The notes below the pieces were generated by a model. It did not search any database and was not told where the DNA came from. It worked only from the letters and a program-made list of their open reading frames with translations. A program made the position numbers and the translations under genes. Source: Candidatus Anderseniibacteriota bacterium (GTDB lineage: Bacteria > Patescibacteriota > JAUYIX01). From it: a DNA stretch of 64,000 bases. Location of the stretch: the NCBI GenBank assembly GCA_046350855.1, contig JAXLZM010000002.1:78103-142102 (forward strand), written 5' to 3'. This document shows, one piece after another, positions 1-8,986 of this stretch. Position 1 is the first letter of the stretch. The number at the start of each line of letters is the position of its first letter.

Positions 1-254
1 ACGTCGAATCTGATCTATAGAGCTGGCAATACTTTGTAGGGTTGGTTGAGTTGTGGTTGGCATTGGAGAGGGTTAGTAAATCGTGTCTCAATGCTGGCAC
101 AAAAACCTTAAGAAAAGATTAAGGGATATGCCCTCCAAAACAAAAAAGAGTGGAAAACTCACTAAAAATGAAAAGGCTTTTTTCAAGTGCGCTAGCCTGT
201 AGAGTAGGCGAGTAGCGGGTTCACAAAAAACACCCTCATTTTTTCTGTGGATGA

Positions 255-1466
255 CTAACGAGAGTGCTTAGATTTTTTGAGCAGTCCGACAACCTGCGCC
301 AACTTTTCCACCGTCTGATCGAGTAGGGCTTGAGTTGTGCTCCGTCCCAGGGTGAACCGCACACTGCCGTGTGCCCGCGTGTAGGGGAGGCCAAGTGCAA
401 GGACCACGTGGGAGGGCTCGATACTGTGCGAGTCGCAGGTGGATCCCGTCGCCGCAGCCACACCGAGTTCGTCCAGCATGCTGATGATCGAATCGCCCTC
501 GATGCCTGGGATCGTGATGTGAATATTGTTGGGTAGGCGCTGCGTGGGGTGGCCGGTGAATTGGGCCTCGGGGACTGCCGTGAAGATCTTTTTAATGGTT
601 GCGTCGCGGAGTTTTGTCTGGCGAGCTGATTCAGTAACGCGGTCGGCTTCGGCCAACTCGAGGGATTTGGCAAAACCGACGATAGCAGCGACATTTTCCG
701 TGCCGGCGCGACGGTTGTCTTCTTGTGAGCCACCCACAATGAGGGGTTCGACTTGCACTCCACGCTCGGCAAGTTTTTTGCTGACGTACAAGAGCCCCAC
801 ACCTTTTGGCCCATACATCTTGCTGCCATTGAGCGTCATGAGATCGACGCCGAGCTCGCCCACAGCGAGTGGGAGCGCACCGGCCGCTTGGCAGGCGTCG
901 GTGTGGAACGGCACCTTGTGCTTGCGTGCAATGGCGGCCAGCTCGGTGATGGGTTCAACCGTGCCGACCTCGTTGTTGGCATACATGATCGAAATCAAAA
1001 TCGTTTTGTCGATGATGGCGGCCTCGAGCGTTTTGGGATCAACCAAGCCGGTGGCGTCGACCGGGAGGCGCGTCACGGCAAACCCCCAGCTCTCGAGCCG
1101 ATCGACCGCGCGCAAAACCGCTTTGTGTTCGATGGCCGAGACGATGACGTGGTTGCCGCGATTGGCCTTGCGCGCCGCCTGCGCGATGCCAAAGATCGCC
1201 ATGTTGTCGGACTCGGTGCCGGATCCGGTAAACATGAGTTCTTCTGGTGTGACGGATCCCGTGGCAGAACCACTCAAAATCTTTGCGATGCTCGCCCGAG
1301 CGGTATCGAGCGCCTGCTTAGCGGTTCGTCCCTCCTTATAGAGTGCGGATGGATTGCCAAACTCGGCGCCAAGGTATGGCTGCATCGCTACAAGAACGCG
1401 CGGGTCGAGGGGAGTGGTGGCGGCATGGTCGAGATAGATGCGCTCGGTGCGCGAAACGTTCTTCAT
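255..1466 (-). CDS. Cysteine desulfurase family protein (class V aminotransferase, NifS/IscS-like)
   Basis: 403-aa ORF. N-terminus 'IYLDHAATTP', PLP-lysine region 'LNGSKMYGPKGVGLLYV', C-terminal 'RFTLGR' typical of NifS/IscS desulfurases. Transcribed divergently from the DGR target gene. Confidence 0.8.
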   Translation of the reverse strand: MKNVSRTERIYLDHAATTPLDPRVLVAMQPYLGAEFGNPSALYKEGRTAKQALDTARASIAKILSGSATGSVTPEELMFTGSGTESDNMAIFGIAQAARKANRGNHVIVSAIEHKAVLRAVDRLESWGFAVTRLPVDATGLVDPKTLEAAIIDKTILISIMYANNEVGTVEPITELAAIARKHKVPFHTDACQAAGALPLAVGELGVDLMTLNGSKMYGPKGVGLLYVSKKLAERGVQVEPLIVGGSQEDNRRAGTENVAAIVGFAKSLELAEADRVTESARQTKLRDATIKKIFTAVPEAQFTGHPTQRLPNNIHITIPGIEGDSIISMLDELGVAAATGSTCDSHSIEPSHVVLALGLPYTRAHGSVRFTLGRSTTQALLDQTVEKLAQVVGLLKKSKHSR

Positions 1467-1548
1467 AAATCCGCTTAGCTGTAGCGTTTTTTTGGCTGAA
1501 CGTCAACTATATAGCCATCCGGGGTTAGTTGTTCTACGATTCAGGATT

Positions 1549-3441
1549 ATGCCAGGAGAACGCCCCGGACCAGGCCCAGAATTTTTAGGAGAAAAATACC
1601 AAGACCTGCCTGGTTCTAAACCGGTAGAGCGTGCCGTACAAAAAGAGCTACGCTCCGGCAAGCCCGGACCGACCACTAAAGAGGGTCGCATCGAATCGTA
1701 CCTGGGACGTCTCGAGCGCATCACCGAGGATGAGCGCGGCTATGAGCTCCTCAAAAATAAGCTCCTCAACAAATTTACAATCAATCTCGACGACACCGAG
1801 CTCGTTGACCGTATCGCCCACGGCCTCTACGAATCCGAGAAAAAGCTCGCCATCGAGCAAGGCCGCGGCGCAGATATCCGTCGCTTTGAGTCCGAGCAAA
1901 ACGTGGTCGAGCACTACAAACCGCTCGTCAAAGAAAAAGCCGAGATCCAGCAACGCACGCTCTCCAATTGGCTCGATTATCTCCAGCGCAACGACGCCAA
2001 ACAGCCCATGAGTTTTAGGTACTTTGTCGTACGCAGCCTCGAAAAAATGGGTCAGTTCGACAAAGAGCGCGGCCAGTACAGCAAACGCACGATCACCACC
2101 GTCGCGCCTTTTCCGGAGCTCAACTCCGAGGCACTTGGTTGGGTCTATCAGCGGCTCACCAAAGGTCTTGATCCGGACGAACAATACGACCCAGCGCAAA
2201 AAGCTGAGCTACAAAAACTCATCAAATCAAAAGACTTTGCCAAATTGTACGCCCATGCCCAAATCGAGACCGCCGGCAAACTCAACCGCGAATCACTCGA
2301 TGGAACCTGGAAAAAATATGACAAGGGTAGCGACTGGCGCACACTTGAGCATGATCTCAAAAACAAAGGTACCGGTTGGTGCACGGCCGAGGGCAGCGCC
2401 AAACCGCACCTGGCCGGCGGTGACTTTTTTGTCTATTACACCAAGGGTAAGGAGGGCAAGTACACCGAGCCGCGCGTCGCTATCCGCATGGAGGGCGACC
2501 ACATCGGTGAGGTCAGAGGTGTAGGGGCCAGGCAGGAGGTAGAACCGGCTCTTGTCGACGCAGCGCAGGCTAAGTACCACAAACTCCCGGGTGGCGAATC
2601 CTACGATAAAAAAGCCCACGACATGAAATACATGACCGCCCTTACCAAAAAACAGGCCGAGGGCAAACCCCTTACGGGACCAGACCTCAGATTCTTGTAC
2701 GAGCTCGACGCTCCGATCGAGAGCTTTGGGTACGATAAAGATCCTCGTGTCGCTGAGACTCGTAAAGGACGCGACGTTGAACAAGATATGTTGGCGGTTT
2801 TTGATGCGACGCCAGAGCAAATTGCACACCAAACGAGCGAGGTGCGTTCTGATACCAAGGCCTATGTCGGAAAATTAGAGCCGGGTGTTTTTGAGCTGCT
2901 CAGTAAATATCCTACAATTGAGCATATCTACACGAGCTTTCCAGAAAAGCCCATCCGCATCGAGCGACTTGAGACTGGTGGCAAAACCGCTGACCAGTAC
3001 ATCAAACTGCTCGAGGCGCAGGGTCACAAGATTTACGACTACGCCCTGGATATGCTCAAGAGTAAGGACTTTAAACCAGCCACCCAGGCGCAAAATCTCG
3101 AACTCGTACGACTCTCGGTCGGTGATCTTATGTTGCCTGAGGACCGTCAAAGGGGGTACCTCACTACGGATGAACTCTATAAGCGTGCAGACAGCTTTGG
3201 GTTGGACCTTGCTCCCGCCGAAACGGGCCCCGAACTCCGTCTCAAACTCAAAAACCAGCCAGTCGGTGAATACGTCTATGTAGGCATGAAGCCTATAACC
3301 GTTCGCGACGGCAATCCGAGCGTCTTCTGCGTCGAGCGCGGTGAGGATGGGTCCTGGCTCCAGCGGCGACGATGCCGGGCCCGTCAACTCGTGGGGTCCC
3401 GACCATCAGATCGTGTTCCGTCTCCGCAAGTAGCTTTGTGA
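1549..3441 (+). CDS. DGR target protein (variable protein). Large N-terminal domain of unknown function, C-terminal C-type-lectin-fold variable region. Frame as assembled is disrupted near the 3' end.
   Basis: ATG at 1549 lies in the divergent promoter region shared with the desulfurase gene. The C-terminal ~42 codons match the TR at 4894–5019 (− strand), mismatching only at TR adenines. With the 1-nt VR insertion removed, the C-terminus reads 'GNPSVFCVERGEDGSWLSGDDAGPVNSWGPDHQIVFRLRK*' (stop TAG 3431–3433), which fits the CLec-fold DGR VR consensus (GSW…N…FRLR). No signal peptide was seen. Confidence 0.85.
   Translation: MPGERPGPGPEFLGEKYQDLPGSKPVERAVQKELRSGKPGPTTKEGRIESYLGRLERITEDERGYELLKNKLLNKFTINLDDTELVDRIAHGLYESEKKLAIEQGRGADIRRFESEQNVVEHYKPLVKEKAEIQQRTLSNWLDYLQRNDAKQPMSFRYFVVRSLEKMGQFDKERGQYSKRTITTVAPFPELNSEALGWVYQRLTKGLDPDEQYDPAQKAELQKLIKSKDFAKLYAHAQIETAGKLNRESLDGTWKKYDKGSDWRTLEHDLKNKGTGWCTAEGSAKPHLAGGDFFVYYTKGKEGKYTEPRVAIRMEGDHIGEVRGVGARQEVEPALVDAAQAKYHKLPGGESYDKKAHDMKYMTALTKKQAEGKPLTGPDLRFLYELDAPIESFGYDKDPRVAETRKGRDVEQDMLAVFDATPEQIAHQTSEVRSDTKAYVGKLEPGVFELLSKYPTIEHIYTSFPEKPIRIERLETGGKTADQYIKLLEAQGHKIYDYALDMLKSKDFKPATQAQNLELVRLSVGDLMLPEDRQRGYLTTDELYKRADSFGLDLAPAETGPELRLKLKNQPVGEYVYVGMKPITVRDGNPSVFCVERGEDGSWLQRRRCRARQLVGSRPSDRVPSPQVAL
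3304..3429 (+). repeat. DGR variable repeat (VR) at the 3' end of the target gene
   Basis: About 126–127 nt homologous to the reverse complement of 4894–5019. About 18 substitutions, all at positions that are A in the TR sense strand. One extra C after 'ggctc' (about 3361). Ends in the shared GC-rich 'gttccgtctccgcaa'. Confidence 0.85.
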
Positions 3442-3442
3442 T

Positions 3443-4282
3443 TTAGAAGTTTTTGACATTTGGACTCTTAGGCTCTTTGGTACTTTGTCGTCTCGCAATT
3501 TGCTGATCTAAGCGATGTGCCAGTTTATACGTATTACCGTGGCTCAATAATCCGCGGTAAGACGCGATGGTCCCGGTGGAGTAGTTTTCTTGCAGTCGCT
3601 TTACGATTCTACGTTTTGTCGACGTGCGTAATACGCGGTGGCCTGGAAAATGTACCCAACCTAAAAAATCAACACCCGAGGCCAGCGTGGTGATAGATAA
3701 TTTGCGCGGGTGCAGTGATAATTTGAGACGCGTAGTAAGAAATCTTGCGATTTTAGGTATGAGTTGCTGTAGATACTCATACTCGCTACTCAGTATCACA
3801 AAGTCATCTGCATAGCGTACGTAATGCCGTGCCCTCAGTGTTCTTTTGATGTACGCATCTAGTTCGTGCATGTATATATTGATGAGGAGTTGGCTCGTTA
3901 CGTTACCAAGCGGCAGCCCGATCCCGGGCCTGTCAGTAGTGTGGAAACTCGTAATGACTCGCTCAAAAAGCCAAAGGACATGTTCATCCATAATGGACTT
4001 GCGCAAGAGTGCCATGAGCGTAGCTTGATCGATCGAGGCAAAAAACTTTTGTATGTCACATTTGAGCACCCAACACGTACGCGTATTGTTGCGCGAGACT
4101 TTACGCGCGAATGCTCTAAATCGGTTGAGCGCGCGGTGGGTACCTTTATTACGCCGACAAGAAAAAGCATCAAATAAAAATATGTGATCAAAATATGGAT
4201 AGAGTTGACGATAAATCGCGTGATGCACGACTCGGTCGCGCACCGTTGCCTTGTGGATGTCGCGCGGTTTTGGATCACTCAC
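3443..4282 (-). CDS. DGR reverse transcriptase. The ORF as called starts at GTG 4282; the conserved N-terminal domain continues in frame upstream to ~4480 with no start codon.
   Basis: Motifs 'FRDRVVHHA'-like 'VRDRVVHHAIY', 'SCRRNKGTH', the DGR-specific motif-4 variant 'LPLGNVTSQ' ([IL]GxxxSQ), catalytic 'YVRYADDFVIL', and 'GVDFLGW'. The upstream in-frame translation 'SFDSIISLDNLLESWRAFARGKRHRQDVARFSLQLIDNLLALHGDLKTGSYQHGPYHHFKVSDPKPRD' matches the conserved DGR RT N-terminus. Confidence 0.9.
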   Translation of the reverse strand: MSDPKPRDIHKATVRDRVVHHAIYRQLYPYFDHIFLFDAFSCRRNKGTHRALNRFRAFARKVSRNNTRTCWVLKCDIQKFFASIDQATLMALLRKSIMDEHVLWLFERVITSFHTTDRPGIGLPLGNVTSQLLINIYMHELDAYIKRTLRARHYVRYADDFVILSSEYEYLQQLIPKIARFLTTRLKLSLHPRKLSITTLASGVDFLGWVHFPGHRVLRTSTKRRIVKRLQENYSTGTIASYRGLLSHGNTYKLAHRLDQQIARRQSTKEPKSPNVKNF

Positions 4283-4475
4283 TTTAAAATGATGGTACGG
4301 ACCATGCTGGTACGAGCCAGTCTTTAGATCACCGTGGAGCGCTAGTAGATTGTCAATTAACTGCAGCGAAAAGCGTGCAACGTCTTGTCGATGTCGCTTA
4401 CCTCGTGCGAATGCCCTCCAAGATTCCAGGAGATTGTCTAAAGAGATGATAGAATCAAAACTTACATGAGTAAAA

Positions 4476-4514
<39 letters not shown>

Positions 4515-4527
4515 AAACGCGACCATT

Positions 4528-4875
4528 TTGCATCGGCTGCGAGAGGCGTACCTGGCCTGGTCCGCGGTTCTGCCGCACATAGCTAAGTCTGCTCGGTACG
4601 GGATCGGTGCCCGCATCGATAATCGTTTTTTGAGTCTGTTGGAGCGTACGCATGTGACGTATTTTAGCGCACGTGCACTGCGCGGCGAAAAAATTGCAAA
4701 CTGCATTGTTGAACTCGATACGCTCAAGTTTTTACTAGCAACGGCCTGGGAGGCTAAGCATATTTCTAATCACCAGTACGAGTTAGTGGCACTAAAACTA
4801 GAAGAAGTAGGTAAGATGTTTGGCGGTTGGAAAAAATCGCTCGCCACTAGTAATAAAAACCGCACGCTTTGGTAG
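4528..4875 (+). CDS. avd: Avd-like accessory variability determinant (four-helix-bundle / 23S rRNA IVS-protein family)
   Basis: 115 aa, basic. C-terminal 'LDTLKFLLATAWEAKHISNHQYELVALKLEEVGKMFGGWKKSL' follows the Avd/IVS four-helix-bundle pattern (compare Avd '…HQVETAQVLIAEVGRILGSWI…'). TTG start. Encoded divergently from RT, between RT and TR. Confidence 0.75.
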   Translation: MHRLREAYLAWSAVLPHIAKSARYGIGARIDNRFLSLLERTHVTYFSARALRGEKIANCIVELDTLKFLLATAWEAKHISNHQYELVALKLEEVGKMFGGWKKSLATSNKNRTLW

Positions 4876-4893
4876 GTGCGGAAAAGAGCCAGT

Positions 4894-5019
4894 TGCGGAG
4901 ACGGAACACGATCTGATTGTCGGGATTCCACTTGTTGTCGGGCTTGGCATTGTTGCTGTTGAGCCAGGACCCATCCTCATTGCGCTTGACGTTGAAGACG
5001 CTCGGATTGCCGTCTCGAT
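4894..5019 (-). repeat. DGR template repeat (TR), sense on the minus strand
   Basis: The reverse complement aligns with VR 3304–3429. It is adenine-rich in AAC/AAT codon positions ('aacagcaacaatgccaagcccgacaacaagtggaatcccgacaat'). Translated in the VR frame it gives 'GNPSVFNVKRNEDGSWLNSNNAKPDNKWNPDNQIVFRLRN'. A 6-bp-stem hairpin (4861–4882) lies immediately 3' of it on the minus strand. Confidence 0.85.
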
Positions 5020-5328
5020 CGGTTTGTACGATGTGCCATCCGTAACACTGCTTGCGCAGCAAAACAGCAGATCAAAGCGCCAAGCTGTATTGATTGCGTG
5101 ATCAAAAATCAGCCAGCACATCGCACCAAGTAGTTCTTTTTTAATGAGCTAGACACGGGTCCTCCGCAGATAGCCTTGACCATCCACGTTCTCAATCCAT
5201 GGTAGTCAATTTAGTCTCGCAAAGCCGTAACCGTACGATACGACTAAATCGGTTGAATTGTAGCAAAAAGGTCTTGACGTTCCGCCCGATCCTCAATATA
5301 GTACCAATCTAGTCTACTTACGCTCAAT

Positions 5329-5772
5329 TTGGTGTTACGCATCGGTCGGCTAACGGATTACGGCATCGATTTACTCACGCTTTTTGTGGACCCGCGCGAG
5401 CCGCTCGGCGTGCAAGGGATTTCTGCGACGGAACTGGCTCGACGCTCAGGTGTGCCGCTCCCGACCGTCAGCAAAATCTGCAAGCTCCTCACTAAAGCCG
5501 AGTTGCTTGTCGCCAGTCGTGGCAAAACCGGCGGGTATCGGTTGGCGCGCGATCCGAGTGAGATTTCGGTCGCCGATGTCGTGCGAGCACTGGAGGGTCC
5601 GATCGCACTGACGGCCTGTGTGGCCGATCCTGGGAGTTGCGCTCTCGAAGACAGTTGCGGAACGCGCACCAACTGGCAACGGATCAACCAGCACGTTTTT
5701 GCGTCGCTCGAGTCGGTCAAGATTTCTGAGATGCGAAGTCCTGTTCGGCATAAAAAGTTCGCCCATGTCTAA
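5329..5772 (+). CDS. Rrf2-family transcriptional regulator (IscR/SufR-like, Cys-containing)
   Basis: N-terminal HTH 'GISATELARRSGVPLPTVSKICKLL' and a Cys cluster 'CVADPGSCALEDSC'. Immediately upstream of sufB. Confidence 0.85.
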   Translation: MVLRIGRLTDYGIDLLTLFVDPREPLGVQGISATELARRSGVPLPTVSKICKLLTKAELLVASRGKTGGYRLARDPSEISVADVVRALEGPIALTACVADPGSCALEDSCGTRTNWQRINQHVFASLESVKISEMRSPVRHKKFAHV

Positions 5773-8272
5773 GACAACGCTCCAGCAACTCAGTACGCAG
5801 CCATATAAGTATGGTTTTTCGAGTAAGATCGCGACGGACACCGTGCCGGTCGGTCTTAACGAAGACATTATCCGCATGATCTCTACTAAAAAGCACGAAC
5901 CAGCCTGGCTTCTCGAGTGGCGTCTGCGAGCTTTTAAGTTTTGGCAGACGCTCACACCGCCGACCTGGCAAAATGTCGAGTTCCCCGCCATCGACTACCA
6001 GGCCATTCGTTACTACGCCGCTCCCAAGCGCCGCGCTCTCAAGAGTCTCGACCAAGTTGATCCGGAGATTCGACGCATGTTCGACAAGCTTGGTATCTCA
6101 CTGGACGAACAAAAACGTATCAGTGGTGTTGCCATGGACGCCGTGGTTGATAGCGCCTCGGTTGCGACCACTTTTAGTAAGGAACTCGCACGCCTCGGCA
6201 TTATTTTTTGCAGCTTGAGCGAAGCCGTGCAAAAACATCCCGATCTCGTACGCAAAAATCTCGGCACAGTTGTATCGTTTGGCGACAATTACTTTGCCAG
6301 CCTCAACGCGGCGGTCTTCAGCGACGGCTCGTTCTGCTATATCCCCAAAGGCGTGCGCTGTCCCATGGAGCTTTCGACGTATTTCCGCATCAACTCGGCG
6401 GGCACCGGTCAGTTTGAGCGGACGCTTATTATTGCGGAAGATGATGCGTACGTAAGTTATCTAGAGGGCTGCTTGCCAGGTGATGAGGAGGTCTCTTGTG
6501 GAGATCAAATCAAAACAATCCGGGACATTGAGGTCGGCAGTGACGTCGTCAATCATGAGGGAGAGCAAGCGCAGGTTGGAAAGATAATGCGAAGAGGTTA
6601 TGACGGCGAAATGTTTGAAATTACACCGCGTAGTCCGGGAAATGCATTTAGAATAACGTCAGAACATCCTGTTTTGTCTATCAAACGTGAATTAGTGCAG
6701 CGCTCAGTGAGGCCTGAAGGAAGATGGAGCGATATTGATCAGGCTAAGCTGGAAAAAACTCAACCGACCTTTACTCCCGCGAAGGACTTAACGGAAGGAG
6801 ATCTACTCGTATTTCCGGTTAATAAGATTGAAAAGAACGACTCGACATTGAGTGACGACTTCCTCAAATTATTGGGTTATTACATTGCAGAGGGGTGCTC
6901 GACAAAATTCAATGGATATAACGCGACTGAATTCTCTTTGGGTGATCACGAAGCAGACCTAATCGATGAGGTTTGCGAATTAATTGAAAAAATCACGGGT
7001 AAGCGCCCATCTTGCTCGCATGATGTACGTAAGCACGGAATGTACATCGTTACATACGACAAAGACCTTTTTGCCAAGTTACTCGAACATGGTGGAAAAT
7101 ATGCGCTTTACAAGAAAATGAGTAAGACGATTATGGAGTTGCCGCCGCAAAGACAAAAACTTTTGATTGAAACGTATTACAAGGGCGATGGCTCTCGATC
7201 AAAGGAAGGAAGTTTAACGCGAGTTCGGGCCGCAACAATATCGAGAAACCTGGCATTCCAGATGCAAGAATTACTTGCGCGACAGGGAATCTTCGCCTAC
7301 ATGAATACGCGCGAAGCATTCTCAGAACGCATGAAGGACGGACATTTTATTCACCATAAAAAACGGTACGTTCTGTTTTATGCAGAAAACACTCGTAGCA
7401 GACGGGCGATTCGTAAAGAAGATTACTTTTTGGTGCCAATTAAGAGCGTCAGCAAAAAGCGCTTTAGAGGTTTTGTATATAACTTTGAAACTAAACAGGA
7501 GCCCCATTCATATTTGGTAAAGGGCTTTGCGGTTCATAACTGTACGGCGCCTCGTCGTGATGAAAACCAACTGCACGCGGCCGTGGTTGAGTTAGTCGCG
7601 AAAGATCGCGCAGAAATTAAGTACGCCACGGTCCAAAACTGGTATCCCGGCGACGCCGACGGCAAGGGCGGCATTTACAACTTTGTTACCAAGCGCGGCA
7701 AGTGCCAGGGTAAAAACAGCAAGATTAGCTGGACGCAGGTTGAAACCGGTTCTGCCATTACCTGGAAATATCCGAGCGTGATTTTATTTGGCGACAACTC
7801 GGTGGGCGAATTTTACTCGGTAGCCCTGACCGCCAACCGCCAGCAAGCCGACACCGGCAGCAAGATGACGCACATCGGCAAAAACACGCGCAGCACGATT
7901 ATTTCTAAGGGGATCGCGGCCGGCCACGGGCGCAACACCTATCGCGGGTTGGTGCGCATCATGAGTACCGCCACGGGTGCCCACAATTACACCCAGTGCG
8001 ACTCGCTCATGCTGGGCGAGCACTGTCAGGCTACGACTCTGCCGTATATCGAGCAGCGTAACGACACCTCGACCATCGAGCACGAGGCCAGTACCGCCAC
8101 CATTCGGGATGAACAGCTGGTTTATTTGCGCCAGCGTGGCATCGCCGAAGAAGAAGCGGTCAGCATGATCGTCAATGGTTTTGGCAAGACGGTTTTTAAA
8201 CGCTTGCCGCTTGAGTTTGCCGTGGAAGCCCGAAACTTACTCAGCCTACGACTAGAAGGGAGCATCGCCTAA
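5765..8272 (+). CDS. sufB: Fe-S cluster assembly protein SufB, interrupted by an in-frame intein
   Basis: Extein sequences '…IIAEDDAYVSYLEG' and 'CTAPRRDENQLHAAVVELV…' flank a 357-aa insertion. C-terminal extein 'GHGRNTYRGLVRI…CDSLMLGE' is typical SufB. Extein length is about 478 aa. Confidence 0.9.
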   Translation: MSKTTLQQLSTQPYKYGFSSKIATDTVPVGLNEDIIRMISTKKHEPAWLLEWRLRAFKFWQTLTPPTWQNVEFPAIDYQAIRYYAAPKRRALKSLDQVDPEIRRMFDKLGISLDEQKRISGVAMDAVVDSASVATTFSKELARLGIIFCSLSEAVQKHPDLVRKNLGTVVSFGDNYFASLNAAVFSDGSFCYIPKGVRCPMELSTYFRINSAGTGQFERTLIIAEDDAYVSYLEGCLPGDEEVSCGDQIKTIRDIEVGSDVVNHEGEQAQVGKIMRRGYDGEMFEITPRSPGNAFRITSEHPVLSIKRELVQRSVRPEGRWSDIDQAKLEKTQPTFTPAKDLTEGDLLVFPVNKIEKNDSTLSDDFLKLLGYYIAEGCSTKFNGYNATEFSLGDHEADLIDEVCELIEKITGKRPSCSHDVRKHGMYIVTYDKDLFAKLLEHGGKYALYKKMSKTIMELPPQRQKLLIETYYKGDGSRSKEGSLTRVRAATISRNLAFQMQELLARQGIFAYMNTREAFSERMKDGHFIHHKKRYVLFYAENTRSRRAIRKEDYFLVPIKSVSKKRFRGFVYNFETKQEPHSYLVKGFAVHNCTAPRRDENQLHAAVVELVAKDRAEIKYATVQNWYPGDADGKGGIYNFVTKRGKCQGKNSKISWTQVETGSAITWKYPSVILFGDNSVGEFYSVALTANRQQADTGSKMTHIGKNTRSTIISKGIAAGHGRNTYRGLVRIMSTATGAHNYTQCDSLMLGEHCQATTLPYIEQRNDTSTIEHEASTATIRDEQLVYLRQRGIAEEEAVSMIVNGFGKTVFKRLPLEFAVEARNLLSLRLEGSIA
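6470..7540 (+). mobile_element. Intein with LAGLIDADG homing-endonuclease domain inside sufB
   Basis: Starts with Cys1 ('CLPGDEEV'). Block B 'RITSEHPVLS'. LAGLIDADG-like motifs 'KLLGYYIAEGCS' and 'LIETYYKGDGSRS'. C-terminal blocks 'FVYNFETKQEPHSYLVKGFAVHN' ending His-Asn, followed by +1 Cys (7541). Confidence 0.85.
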
Positions 8273-8281
8273 CGCACCACC

Positions 8282-8986
8282 ATGTCAAAAAACGTACTCT
8301 CGATAAAAAACCTACACGTAGCACGCCAAGATAAAGAAATTCTTAAAGGAATTTCTTTGGAGGTTGGTGCGGGCGAGTTACACGTGCTGCTCGGACCTAA
8401 TGGTTCTGGCAAAAGCACACTCGCAGCCGTCTTAGCAGGTGATCCGCGCTACAAAGTGACTCAAGGATCCGTCACGCTCGACGGTAAAGACTTTTTAGCA
8501 CTCTCTCCAGAGCAGCGGGCGCTCAGCGGAGTTTTTATTGGGTTCCAACACCCGGTCGAGGTCCCCGGACTCAGTACAGCACAGTTTTTACGTGCCGCGC
8601 TTAACGCCAAGCGCGCCGCAGCCAAACTAGCCCCCTTAGGAGCTGCAGAATTCTTAACCCAAGCCAAAAATGCGCTGCACGAAGTTGGTCTAGTCGAATC
8701 AACCCTCGAGCGCGCCGTCAACGTCGGCTTCTCGGGCGGCGAAAAAAAGCGCCTCGAACTCGCACAGCTGCTCCTGCTCCAGCCTCGTTTTGCAATTCTC
8801 GATGAGATCGACTCGGGCATCGATGTCGATGGACTCAACTCGATCGCGGCCAGTCTCGAGCGGTTCTACCAAAAGGGTGGCGGGCTGCTCGTTATCACCC
8901 ACAACCCGCGCCTGGTTGAACAACTCAAAGTCGCCAAAGTGCACACCGTGCAATCCGGCCACGTGGCAGAACAGGAACCGTCATGA
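8282..8986 (+). CDS. sufC: Fe-S cluster assembly ATPase SufC
   Basis: Walker A 'GPNGSGKSTL', ABC signature 'FSGGEKKR', Walker B 'LLLLQPRFAILDEIDSGID'. Confidence 0.9.
   Translation: MSKNVLSIKNLHVARQDKEILKGISLEVGAGELHVLLGPNGSGKSTLAAVLAGDPRYKVTQGSVTLDGKDFLALSPEQRALSGVFIGFQHPVEVPGLSTAQFLRAALNAKRAAAKLAPLGAAEFLTQAKNALHEVGLVESTLERAVNVGFSGGEKKRLELAQLLLLQPRFAILDEIDSGIDVDGLNSIAASLERFYQKGGGLLVITHNPRLVEQLKVAKVHTVQSGHVAEQEPS

Noticed and set aside
236-829. 197-aa minus-strand ORF overlapping the desulfurase gene in another frame
   Set aside because: It is an out-of-frame shadow of the 403-aa NifS-like ORF and is Ser/Arg/Pro-rich.
4798-5121. Three overlapping ORFs (107, 93 and 71 aa) across the TR
   Set aside because: The TR is a non-coding template copy of the VR coding sequence. 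The 71-aa frame (4847–5062, − strand) only looks protein-like because it mirrors the target's C-terminus. It has no independent start or RBS.
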